Below are positions 1 through 12,800 of a stretch of DNA of 64,000 bases, one piece after another (the first letter of the stretch is position 1; each line of letters opens with the position of its first letter). The DNA lies in contig NW_002060949.1 of NCBI RefSeq assembly GCF_000150275.1, positions 2,911,836-2,975,835 on the forward strand, in the 5' to 3' direction. Below the pieces are notes generated by a model. It was given only the letters and a program-made list of their open reading frames with translations, made no database searches and was not told the origin of the DNA. The DNA comes from Trichoplax adhaerens (taxonomy: Eukaryota > Animalia > Placozoa). The translations under genes were made by a program, and so were the position numbers.

Positions 1-948
1 ATTAATAATGAAATTATAAGAGCTATCATACCAAGCTAGATATTAGCCTTTATAACTATGTCATTAATGAATGATTACTGATTCAATAATGCAATAGCTA
101 TCGAAATGTAGCAATGTTATAAATTTTATGAAAAATTAACGATACATAATAAATGGATAGGCAAATAGTTAAATAGATGAATATTAAACAGTGCAAGTTA
201 AACATAAATCTATGGAGAATAATGTTGGTTATAGCAGTTAAGATAAAATCATTAACTTTGCTAAAATATAAATAGTAGAAGTATTGCTTTTGTGCTTCCC
301 TATTAATAAACACAAGAGTTGCACTTGCGTAGATAAAAAAGAATAGTATCTATTAACGCAAGCGAAACATGATGTAATCTATGAGAGTGAGAGAAAAAAG
401 TATAAGAACTCATTACAATCATTATTAGCGGTTGACAAATTAGGATCCAGCTAATTATTGCAAATTATTAGTTATTAACACAGTCTTGTTATCATGGTAA
501 TAGACCACCGACCAGCCTTTTACATATGTAAATTATAGTCCTTATGGAAGATAAGCGAATTAATTAAAGGCTGGCAATTTAGGTAGCAGTTAGAATGGTT
601 ATATTTTCAAGTTAGATTGCAACTAAGTGAATAGAAGACGATATCAGCGTATGGTAAATAGTTTTGATGGATAATATAATCTTATATACTGATATTAACA
701 AGATTTTTTAATACTTAAAAGTTGATATATCAGTACATAAATAAAGAAACTGTGGTGATAAAACACAGATATTTTAACTTGGATAACCATGAACCTAAAC
801 CCAATTATGGTTTCACTAAAAAGTTTGCTGTAAATCCGATATAATAAAACTTATATGTTATACATACGAAATAGTGCATAATCTAGGATGTCTATCTTAT
901 GGTGAAAATTACATTTACATGTGAGTTAAATAACAATTTAAGCTTACG

Positions 949-1004
949 TATATATATATATTATATTACATATTTATATCTATCTATATATGTATATATA
1001 TATA
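949..1004. repeat. Imperfect (TA)n microsatellite downstream of the cadherin stop
   Basis: Directly visible run TATATATATATATTATATTACATATTTATATCTATCTATATATGTATATATATATA. Confidence 0.8.
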
Positions 1005-1435
1005 AACATGATGATAAATCGTGTGTTAATCGAACCAGTACGGCCTCATTAGATTATTGTGCATTGAATAATACGTTTATCTGCCCTGATTTCATATCCA
1101 TGATCAAATCACCTGATACGATATCGATGCAAAGTTTTAATTATGGCAATCACCATTAATTAAAAGAAGAAGCATACTTTCAATTGAAAATCGAGGACAA
1201 GCATTTTTTAGTATGAACAAAGTTTTAACTGTTGATTGCTACGTTAATCAGTTACATTATTATTTTTCTCAACTACAATAAAGCCATGAGTATATATCAC
1301 TTGTATGAATACAAATTAGTTATGTTGCAGAAATATTTAATCTTGCAAGTTAACAAATTGCCATAGGTATATGATATCTATCCCTGACTCGATAATGTAA
1401 ATGGATACAATCCAGCTTTCATCTCTACCTTATAA

Positions 1436-4400
1436 CTACCGTTGGCATAAGTTACTAGATCTATTTTGGCGTACATTAATGCTAAAGGTATTGTTATTAT
1501 TATTAGTGATGGTAATATCATCATCCAATGTTGCATAGAGCTCATTTTCTTTCCTATCCATTTTACCCAAACAGACTGGGACAATATCATTTCTAACATT
1601 GTTATTATTAAGGGAAACTTGACAATAAGGATTAGAGACAATGTGAGTATTGCTGCAACGTTGATTACCAGCAAATGAATTATTATCCTTCTTGACAATA
1701 GTACCGGTATTATTAATGATGGTTGTTGATGTTGATGCCAATTGTGTTACAGGACCCATTGACGTAGTGGGCTGCGATCGAGATTTTCGACTAGTAAAGG
1801 CATTCTTCAGACGTTTTCGATAATAAATAGCAGCAATAGTGGCAAGGGCAGCTACAACACAACTAGTAGCGATAATTATGTTTATCGTCGAAGATTTATG
1901 ATCTGTTAAAGCACCATTATTAACCTGAACAACGACAAATGCGTAGCCAGATATCGATTTATTGTATCTGTTGTACGTTCTAACAAGTAACTTGTAAGCA
2001 TTAACTCCAATGATTGGCTTTTGATTTAGGACAATATTACCGAATCGATCAGTAGTAAAGATATGGTAATAACTACTGCCACCAATAATAGTATAAACTA
2101 GATTATCTCGCGAAACTTGATTAGATTGAGATAATTGAATTTTTGCAACTGCTGTCCCAATTTCAGTATTGGATTTCATAGTTACGTTATAATATTTCTG
2201 ACTCAACTGCAATGCATTGCTATCGTAAGTGATGTAAATTGTCATCAGCCATTCACTACTTTGAGGTGGCTTACCACTGTCTGAAACACGAATTTTTAAC
2301 TTGATTATTGCTGGACCGCCACTTGGAATTTCTTTGACATATCGAATAACACCCGTTGTTGGATCGATTCTAAACCAACCATAACTATTACCGCTTGCGA
2401 TGGTATAAGTCAGTGGTGGTCCATTGTATGGTTCATCCGCATCAGTTGTTATTAATTTTGCGAAATCTTGCCCAAAACTCATAGTATTATGAATGTAACC
2501 TAAGTAAAAATTTGAAAAATTAAATATTCCCGTTGTGATGATAATAATGATTGATAAGGAAAGATCTTAATAAGATAGGCATAGTTGTCCATCATCCATG
2601 TCTTATTATCGTTTTAAATACTAATCCTAGATCTGATGTAACCTAAAACAAAGTTTGAAAATAATATATTCTATCATTTACCAAACATTATTTTAGCTGT
2701 TGACTAAGCAGTTACTGCAATTTCGGACTAACTCCAACGATAAATTTTGATTTGAATTGAACTAGATCCTCATATAATGAATCTGTTATTCTCCGTATGA
2801 TTTGGAAACGGTAAATTTTTCTATACCTATTAACTTAAAATTAAATTTTAAACTTTCAATGACTGCTTTCAAGTTTGAGGGGCCCCTATATACTGCAGAA
2901 TTACAGTGAAAGTAATGATTTTCGGCTGACTTCGACGATGAATACATAATTATGCAGTAAGCGTTTCTAGCAGTGTAATATCTGAAATTAATCGCTGATA
3001 TTTTACCGCAACACAATAAATTAGCGAAGGAAAAATAAGTTATTTGAATCTACCAAATAGATAATTTGCTAATTATTATATAGGCTCCGGTAGCTGAGCT
3101 TGCGAATTAAAATATGCGGCAGAGTCAAATATATTCTATAATCAAGAGTATCTGCGACGATACCTTAGGCGTCATTATGGAAAGTAATTTATTAATAAAT
3201 AAACGACTCTTCCGCTAAAATGGTATTCCGAATGATAACTTGGATTGAAATACCACTTTAGAGACATATGCGCTGTTCAAGTTAACTTCTGCGACGACGC
3301 CCAATATATCGTCACAAGTCCGCCGAAATGGCGGTACTTTCTTTCGTTATTATAGTGATCAATACATAAGATTGAACCAAGATATTACACACTTCCACCT
3401 CTCATATATTACAATCATTTACTTGGCATTAGATTTAAATAAAGAAAAAAAATGTTGAATACTCTAAGCTCTCTTCCCACTTATTACTCGCAGTTCAACT
3501 TGTACGTAAGTCAACATATTTTACAAATATTTACACAGATGCTCACTGCCTGTATCAAATGACTTATGCTTAGCTTAAGTTGCAACATTGACTTTAAAAT
3601 TGGCTTCTACAGTAATTGCTCTTCGTGAATAACATTCCAAAGGTAAGATATTGGTAAACTTATATATCGGCTGATCTTGAAACATAATGATTGAGGAGTT
3701 AGGCTTTCAGTACACTAAATTGCAATACTCAGAATAACTGCTGTCAATTATCGATTGGTAAGATTGTAACTCTATTTAGCTACATATTGATTCGTTTTAA
3801 GAATTTTTTAGCTATTTATAATGCTATAGGATAAAGTATAAAGTATTAGCCTATAGTTTTCAATAGATAGTATTAAAGCTAGCGTCAAGCTTAATGATTG
3901 AGAAATGCTATTGCGGAAAAGGAAAAGATCATGTAAGCGAGTACATCAATTGAAACTATATCCAACCACCAACTGATTTTATGCAAATTTCAATATCTTA
4001 ACGATACCTTCGGTGCATTAACTATAGCTAAACGATTGTTAAAGCCACTGAGAGTAAAAAGTAAAAAAATTTCTAGTATAATAATTGATTTCGATTATCT
4101 ACAAATATTCTATATAAAAATTTTTTAAGTTCTTCTCACTCATCAAGTATAGTTTCAGTCTAACGACTATGGCCAGCTTTACAGTAGTGTAAAATGTAAC
4201 CATCTGGTGCATATAAGACATGAAATTTAAACTACCCTATCTTCTGTATTTGCTTTTTTTAATCCATGGAATAGCTTGATAAAGTGGCGATTGTATAATA
4301 ACACAAAGAGGGTGCGTTCTATACCATACTAACGAAAGCGATTTGTGGTAATTATTCTAGTAAAATTTTAATAACTGTTGCAATCCTGCTGTAAACTGAT

Positions 4401-6591
4401 ATAAGAAACTTCGCTCTACGAGTGTATGGTATCGCCGTATTGTCTAACATACACTTTTAATTAGTACTTGTATTAGATAGAAAATCTATGACAGCTTAAA
4501 AAGGGCTTTCTAACTCATTGGAATCTAATACAGTATCTCCTTGAATCAACAATTTTATCTAATATAATTAAAATTCATCTTCCAAATTTATACAATTTTT
4601 ACGGTATAACTTCTCTTTATTTTAATTTACATACCTACTAAGCTTGAAGCATTAACCTTAGGTGGGTTATCGTTAATGTCGGAAACATAAACAGAAACAT
4701 CGATTTTGCTATTACGAGATGGTATTCCCTCATCCGCTGCTTGGATAGTTAGTCTGTAGGCTGCAACAGTCTCACGATCCAGGTGGCGTCGTAAAGTAAT
4801 ATAACCAGTTTTAGCGTTAATTAAGAAAGTATCGCCGATGTTGCCGTCGACAATAGTGTAAATTATTTTGCCATTATTACCACTATCAGGATCAGTTGCT
4901 ATTACTGCTAGCACAATTTCTCCAATAGCAGCATTTTCATTAATTAATCTCATGCACAGACCTTGTATAGCATTTGGATAGCATAGAACATTTAGCATGA
5001 TGTTGCCGACATAAAGAGAGAATGGAAAGCAAATAATCAAAATAAGTTAATAATATTAGGTTAAACCTATGCCTGTCTCAATATTCTAATTGACTGAAGG
5101 AGTATTTACTAACAAAATTGCTTTACCACCTTCTCTATTAACATATAAAATCGTTTCTATACTAGTCTAATATTTTAATTTTCACTTTGTATACAGACGC
5201 AAATAAGTGATAGAAATTCAAAGATCTGTTTATATAAACCTATCATTCCATTTGGATTTGGACTCACCTTGTCTCCTTTGAGCTGCAAATTTTCTACTTT
5301 TCTCATCGGTTAAGCAACTAGCATTAAATTTTGGTGCATTATCGTTGACGTCGATTACTGTAATCTTGACTACGGCATCATCATACAGCATTGGATGTTT
5401 CTTACTGGTTGCTCTAATTGAAAATTGGTATGATGATTGCCTTTCTCGATCTAATGCTTTAGCCACAGTTAAATAGCCTGTATTCGGATTCAATAGGAAA
5501 CTATGATTGTGATTGCCAGAGGCAATGTAGTAAGTGATTTGATCATTCATTCGCGCCGATAGTATAGTACTAGCATGGACTCGTAAAATAGCACTTCCAA
5601 TAGTGGCATTTTCACTAACATTGTCATGATAGATTCCTTTCCAAGGATGGTGGCTACTTTGAGTAGGTTGAAATAATGGCCGGAATGGACTGCGTACAAC
5701 ATGGATGATTACTTTAATGGTGGAAATTCTTTCACTGATATCTTTAGCGCTAACAATCAGTGTAAAAGTGTTGCTTGTCGGTGAATAAACTAATGCCCGT
5801 GTAGTATTTAAGTTGCCATTATTTTGGCCTATAGCAAAGCTAGAATGCTTATTGCCCGAAGCAATGGCATAAGTGATTTTGTCATCGGATAACGCTTCAA
5901 TGCGGATCATGGGAGTATTGGCTGGTAGCTGTTCTGTAACATTAACTTGATAAAGTGGTTGGCGAAATATTGGAGCTCCACCAGGAAAATAAACATGAAT
6001 GTAAACTTGAACAGTGTTGTGTAAATTTAAATTAGAATTGACTGTTGCACGCACAATTAATTCATAATCTTGGATACGTGGTGTTGCCAATAATCGTATA
6101 TTTCCATTTAATTCGCCGATAAAGAATAAGCCATCTTCATTACCGCTATCGATTGAATATCGAATAATACTGCCATCGGGTACTTTTGCACCGACAGTGA
6201 CTACAATCGATTCGTGCTGTAAAGCGCATTCTATCGATTTATAATAAAATCGTGATGTAAAATTGGGCCTTTGATTGTTGGATGGGACTTCGCGCCGTGG
6301 TCGATCTTGGAGAGAATTGCTATTTTGATGGTGTAATGGAGACGGCCGATGAGGATTGTTTCCACTTGGAATACCATATGGTATGGAAGGGTGACGACGA
6401 CGATTATCATCATTCTTCCTCGTTAAGAGATTCCATGATAAATCTTGGTGTGATTGCAAGTCTGTTTTGCCATCTAGGATTCGTTCATTTTTCCACGTTT
6501 TATCCAAAAGGGCTAGACATTGATTAATTTGGATTGTTGCCAAAACTGACAATAACAGAACAATACTTTTACCTTTCAGAAGGGTAGACAT
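1436..6591 (-). CDS. Non-classical (protocadherin-like) cadherin, ~904 aa: signal peptide, prodomain, ~6 cadherin repeats, one TM helix, short cytoplasmic tail
   Basis: Three coding exons join in phase 1 with GT-AG ends: 6591-5268, 4961-4635, 2499-1436 (2715 nt). Cadherin motifs LDRE, DVNDNAPKF, ATDPDSG, DINDNPP and YTIASGN are present. The N-terminus is hydrophobic, RPRR is a furin-like site, and the TM segment is IIIATSCVVAALATIAAIYY followed by RKR. A splice acceptor just before the ATG (~6602) implies an upstream non-coding exon. Confidence 0.88.
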
Positions 6592-6718
6592 ATTTTATCT
6601 TCTAGAATGGAAAAAAAATAGAGAGTATTTAATCGTCAAAGAGGTCAATAAATCTTTCCGCATAGCCTATTTACTAACTATAAAGTAAAATTCCAGGAAA
6701 AAAAAGAGAGAAAGTTCC

Positions 6719-6887
6719 TGTAGATAGAACAAAATAGTTTGTGACGTGGATCTAAGGAAAAGCGTGCCTTAAGATTATCGTAATATCAGATATGGACACT
6801 TTTACCCTTGTAGATAGAATAAAATAGCTTATGACAAGGATCTAAGAAAGGCGTTTGGTAAAGATTATCGCAATATTAGATATGGAC
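6719..6887. repeat. Diverged tandem duplication, 90-bp period, two copies
   Basis: 6719-6797 and 6809-6887 share TGTAGATAGAA.AAAATAG.TT.TGAC..GGATCTAAG...AAGATTATCG.AATAT.AGATATGGAC. Confidence 0.85.
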
Positions 6888-9800
6888 CGGTAAACTAATG
6901 CTACTACAACGTTAGTATTGTAGACAGTTTGAATTGAAAATGCTCTAAAAATGATGCGTGCGTAATCCGTATTATGCCTATCAACGTCATACGGAATCAA
7001 ATTCTTCAATGAGATGCTTTGAAATTCAGCTTAAATAATAATAAAAATGAGCTTATCCTGTTAACAAATTAAGATAGCGAGAATCAATAGCTATTATTCA
7101 TCGTTGTGAATGCTCAAGTCTGTCTGGAGAGGAGGAAGGAAATTGAATTTATAAATTTCTTTACATTGGTTGCAAATCATTAATGCCGCGAAGTTTTCGG
7201 TAGGCAAGATGGCGACTGTCTTCGTCAATCAATCTTAGCTATGATAACAACTCGATGAAATCTCAATAAAGAGGAGATTAATTAGTAAAATAAGAGAGAG
7301 ATAAAAGATCTTTCGCGACTTGGTAAAAAAGTTTGCCTGCCAAGACGTTAAAAGTCGTTGTGATAGCCAAGTTAACTAAGTACTACAATAACATCAAAAT
7401 TGCATGAAATTCACCTGGTTTCCTTACAAATCTCATTATAATAACTATTAATTTCTCAAAGCATTGAGAACATCTTGGGATGGCAAAAGAATCTCATCTC
7501 TAGGAGACGAAGAATAATAGCCGGAAGGGCGCCATTATAGTATCATTAAAGTCCCAGTCATCGAATTATTAATCGTCGTTCATTTATGGGATTACGAGTA
7601 GACATAGGAAGATCTCTCGTCCAAACTAATTTTCAGAGTATAGTACTATGCATGGGCATTAACGAAAGACAAAGGCAATCCGCATAAATTGGATAATAAT
7701 TTCTAACGAAAGATTCAATTTTCTTTGAAGCAAACAAACAGAAAAAATGCGAAAATAAATGAAATGAAAAAATTTGATTAAATCAAAAACATTCAAGATT
7801 AGAATCTTGATATCAAGCGGTAAATGCAAGAATATTATGCTAAGGAAACTGATCCATAGTAAAAAGTAGAAATTAAAGTTATTCTATATGAAATGAACAG
7901 ATTGAAAAATAAGGTGCTGAACACGCGTATCTATCCAATTGATAGGGATGAAGAGTTGATAATAAAATTTCCAATTTGAACAACCTTGATAATAAATTAG
8001 TGCTGCCACAAATATTTGCTAATATACGTTAGCTTAGACAGATCGGCAACATTGACATGAATGTAAGAAAATCTGAGTAGTTTCGTGTTAATCGGTATAA
8101 ATATGGAATAGAGTAGAAGGAATACATTTAACTGCTGTTGCCGCCATAGCAAAAAAAAAATGTAGAAAAGATAAATTCGTACTACAAGCCTATTTGTGAC
8201 CGTGGTCATGATGGGTATTTTATTGCCAATGTTTTTAGAATAGTTTATCATGTAAAATAGGTTAAAAAAAATGATATACTGGGTAATAAAGCAACTAGGA
8301 TAGAAATAACACATAGCAACGTAAAGGTAAAAGTTCAAAAGTAACGATGCAAGTTAATAAAAAAATAGCGGACAAGAACTCGCTAAAAGGACTATTTGAA
8401 TATCTGTTATCCCAAATTGAATTTGGATCATGTAGCATGCCTGTATTTCACTAGTAGGATAAGAACATTTCATCTTCTTCTACCTTATTTTGTCGCAAGC
8501 TATTACACTACTTTATTTCCTTCACTATCAATGTCATTCAAGCATTTGCAAAGGTATAGCGCAAAAGACAAGATACGTACATAGGCCTCCCTCAAAGAAA
8601 TATTTTTAATCTTTGTATTGTTAACACTAAGCATATGTCAAGGTCCAAGTACGATAGTGTTGATTAGGGGCGCATAATTAATGCTGCTGCCTATCGAGCC
8701 CGGTAGACTACGGTATTAAAATATTCCAGGAATAAGGCAAGGTAATCACCTTTTCACTAAACACTGAAGTGGATATTCGAGGAGAAAAATGCGACATTTT
8801 ATTACACTCTACTTGTATCCCAACTTCTTTCATTAATCAATTCTACCCTAGGAAATCAAGTTATGACTATATCAAGCCATATTATTGCGATGAGGACGTA
8901 AATTAATAAATTTTTTTCTCATCCTGTTGATCTGCCTCCCACTCAACGAATTTACGACAATAAAACTAATAACGATCATGACAGCAAAGAAATAACTTGA
9001 TATAATACAGAATTGTTGGAATCACTTATATTGCACTAAAAATAAAGTATATCCAACTTTTTATGCAATGAAAAATGCTGCTATAAAGAGTAAGACCGAA
9101 TCATTAGAGCTCTTGTTCGCTCTATATTGGATTTATACTGTTGAAAGGAATCACGGCACGTGTTATAACGCCAATATTTCTTTACCTGTTGTATATTGTA
9201 TGTGTTATATCTATATATGTTGATACAAATATTGGCAATAATTGTTTTCAGGTCATCCAATATCCAGCATAAAATATGTTATGATAACTTAGTATAGCGT
9301 GGCGTAGGGGTAAATAATGTTATTGTGCCAACATCGATTGGGTCGAGTATATTTTCATGAATTTCAACGTCTAGAAATCCATCAGCACATTTCTGTAGTA
9401 GGCTTATTTTCCCAATCCTTTTGAAATGAATTTCCTAATATACCAGGCCTAGGAATGAGGAGTAATGTAAAAATATGCCTTATGATATCGTAAATCTGTT
9501 GCTTTCGCTCTCAATTGCGCTGAGGATCAGGATTACTGGGGAGAAAAAAGTGCCTGCTCTAAATTCAAAGCACCAATGGCGGTAGTCATCGTCATAGAAA
9601 TCAGTTTATTGCTGATGAGAGGAAAAAGCAATGCCCAAGCAGTGTACTCCGTCGATAGTTAAATAAATGATCGATACAACTAAGGTGATCTTTGATTTGC
9701 TTTCAACAGTAATTGAAAATTCTCTTATTTAATTTCAAGTAGTAAAAAGGAATTTTCTGATATTGGAAAAAGTAACCAAGGGCTAATTTGAACTGCTCAA

Positions 9801-12800
9801 AAAGGACTAATGATATCATTTACGCCTATAAGATTTGCTTCATGGCTGCTATTCACGGTTAGATGTCCAATATTAAAAGGGGAAAGTCAATAACAAGAGT
9901 ACACCCGCCTAGTGCAAAAATTAAATTGATGTAGACTACAATAAATGACAATCGAGCGATCTTAAGTACCAACTGTTAGAAAGAATACAGTTATCACAGT
10001 GGGAGGAGGAAATGAAAGACGGGGAATAATGTCGTCCATAACGATAACTTATTGCTATTAGAGGAGGTAATAAAAGAAAAAAATATAAAGTAGCCGTCCT
10101 ATTATCTGCTAATTTACAGCCCGCATGGGGCCAGTCCAGGTATTGAAAGTTGTTAATTTTAAATTGAACTAGCTATGATAAAATTAAATTCAGTCATCAT
10201 CAAATGAAACTATTACGTTTTGATGTCATGTATGATTCTAACGAGCTAAAACATCACCATAATGTTGGTCTTAACAAAGCAAAGAAAATTAATTTTCTCA
10301 TTCTTTAGCAGCACAAGCAATCTAAATAATTAGCCCATCTGTAGAGTATGTTCGCAGTTATTCATTTAAGGTTAAAAATTAGCTCGATTGGTATGTTGGT
10401 ATAGCGATAAACTCATCTCTTAAAAAAATCTATAATATTACTAACAACTTGTCAATGCAAAAATGCGATATTGATTAGATCTAACAAAATATTATAAAAC
10501 TATCAAAACAATATTCTCCTGGAATGCTTGCCATCTAATTGAATTAACTTCAATAAAATACAAAATACGATTAAACTTTTGCTGTTGTATTGTTATCATG
10601 AATAAATGGTCTTTTGCCATACAATAACTCATTTTTTCCTTCAATAATATTTTTACTGGTGCCAATTTCCCATAGCGAAACTGTCCTACGCTAAAATTGT
10701 ATCTTTTGCATAGGATATAAAAATTGATTAATCCAAATCATTAAGTGCATAGGTAATTAATCTAAATGATCCATAGGAAGAAATTCTACAGTTTAATAAG
10801 GCAATCGCAACTTGCTTGAAAACTCTAGAATCTCTATTCTCCGTTTGGATAAGTGCATCAATTCGCGTTTGTAAATTTGCGCGTACATGTGTACAGTAGA
10901 CTTGGCGAAAGGTTACAATACTCTAAATCTATCGGCACTACTTTTGTGCATAATACGCGTTGACATATTTTCTACACATGCATTTGATTCTAGCGAATAT
11001 TAGCAGTATATATCCACAAATAAGCGATTGCATTCTTAGTCACTCAACTGATTAGTTATTATAAACGATAGCTGGTTACCTTATAAATTTGCAATATTCC
11101 TTGCCTATGTTGCAGCTATAGTAGAGGATTGAACCCAAGTCTTGTCGGCAAATATGGGCAAAGAAATAGATTAAACTTTCCGATCTGGAATTTTTTTTTA
11201 AAGTAGTAGCTTCAATTGGAGACTCTTCCGACACAATTTGCTTAGTTCATATGACATACGTCCACATCCCCAAAACCCAATAAGGGATGAAGAAGAAATT
11301 GATTGAAATATAATTGAAATGATTTTAACGGGTTGATTAATTGATCGATGGTTGAAACAGGCAAAAATTCTTTTGTGAAGGAAAAAACTTTTTCATGGAT
11401 TGAGCTCGTTAAAATAATTTAACTGATTGTAACTTCAGCAGATGCCAGGGTAGTAACTACTGATATGAAATGAAAATCTTAGTATTAATTTAATACAAGA
11501 TTAAAAAAGGATAGAAGAGCAAGTGATATGAAGAGGTAGATAGTAAGTATGTATATAGTTACTTGGAAATGGCGTGTTTGCAAGCGTCTGGCGTTGAACT
11601 CCTTTCTTGGTTAACATCCGGTAGAAAATAGGAAGATAATGCAGAATAGACTAAGTAACGGTATGCGAGGCGCAACTGCTCAAATTCTTTCTGACCATAC
11701 GAGCCAGTTAGAATACAATAATAAATTCAATTTCTTGATTAATTTTATGCTAAATAGATCCCTTAGTATTCAAATCAGGTCAGGTCATTTCATATTAATA
11801 TTAAACAACATTTTTAATCAAATAGTGTATAATCATCTTTTGTTTTATGTCTGCGAATAGATTGCTGCGTCGGTTAGTGTGGAGACAGGCGGGATAATCA
11901 TGTTTAATACATTAGTCATATTTTAGAATATATAATTATCATCGTCACAATGCTGGTAATGTTAATAACAATAGTAGTAATAATTTTACTAATAGTAGTA
12001 ATTCTTATTTTGTGGTGATAATGATGATGAGAACAGTAGGAATTGCAACATGGGCTAATATATATTCAACTACGGTAGTCCTTGGAAACAGTATGGTCGT
12101 TGTCGACTAGCATGATACCTTGTCAAACAGGCATTTTTACTATATTTTACGATGTATATGTTAAGACTTGGATAAAAGCCAATAAATGCATAATAGAATG
12201 ATGCATACCATTCATTGCAGAGTGTAGAAGAGATAGCCAAGTTCGCCATTTTTAAACTAAAGCAAGTCCGAGATTCAATACAGCTAATATATAAGTTGCT
12301 TTAGAGAAGCCTTACTAGATTGATAAGGCTAATCGATAGAAATATTTTATAACCCTCCCCTTTATTTCAATATAAAAACAAAATATTGGATAGATAGTAC
12401 AGCAACACTAGAAATGCAAGTAGAATGACCATTGGACAGAAATGTTTCTTGTTATATGAATACTTCTACTTCATAACCACATTGTTTTACTGAAAGAAGT
12501 AATTACAAGATATGAATAAGATAATACATGGAATCAATGTTGGATATTCAATCAAATTTGTTTAACTATACATAAGTAAACAAGTCAACTATGATCAAAC
12601 AGATGGTCATTTAACAACAGGAGAAAATCTCCACGAGGTCATTTAAATTAGATTGAAATATTAATAGTACTACATCACCTCACTTATGTTATACAATATA
12701 AAATATGCGCTTTTACTCTACAATGGGTGTTGACTATTCACTTTACGGTTTTTCCTAATGTGGTATTCTATCAATTGCAAGCAGCCATTTTTTATACCTT

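Noticed and set aside
3083-3130. tRNA-like 5' end GGCTCCGGTAGCTGAGCTTG in cadherin intron 2
   Set aside because: No B box, T arm or cloverleaf follows.
11120-11150. Pol III B-box-like GGTTCAATCC on the minus strand
   Set aside because: No A box or acceptor stem; likely chance.
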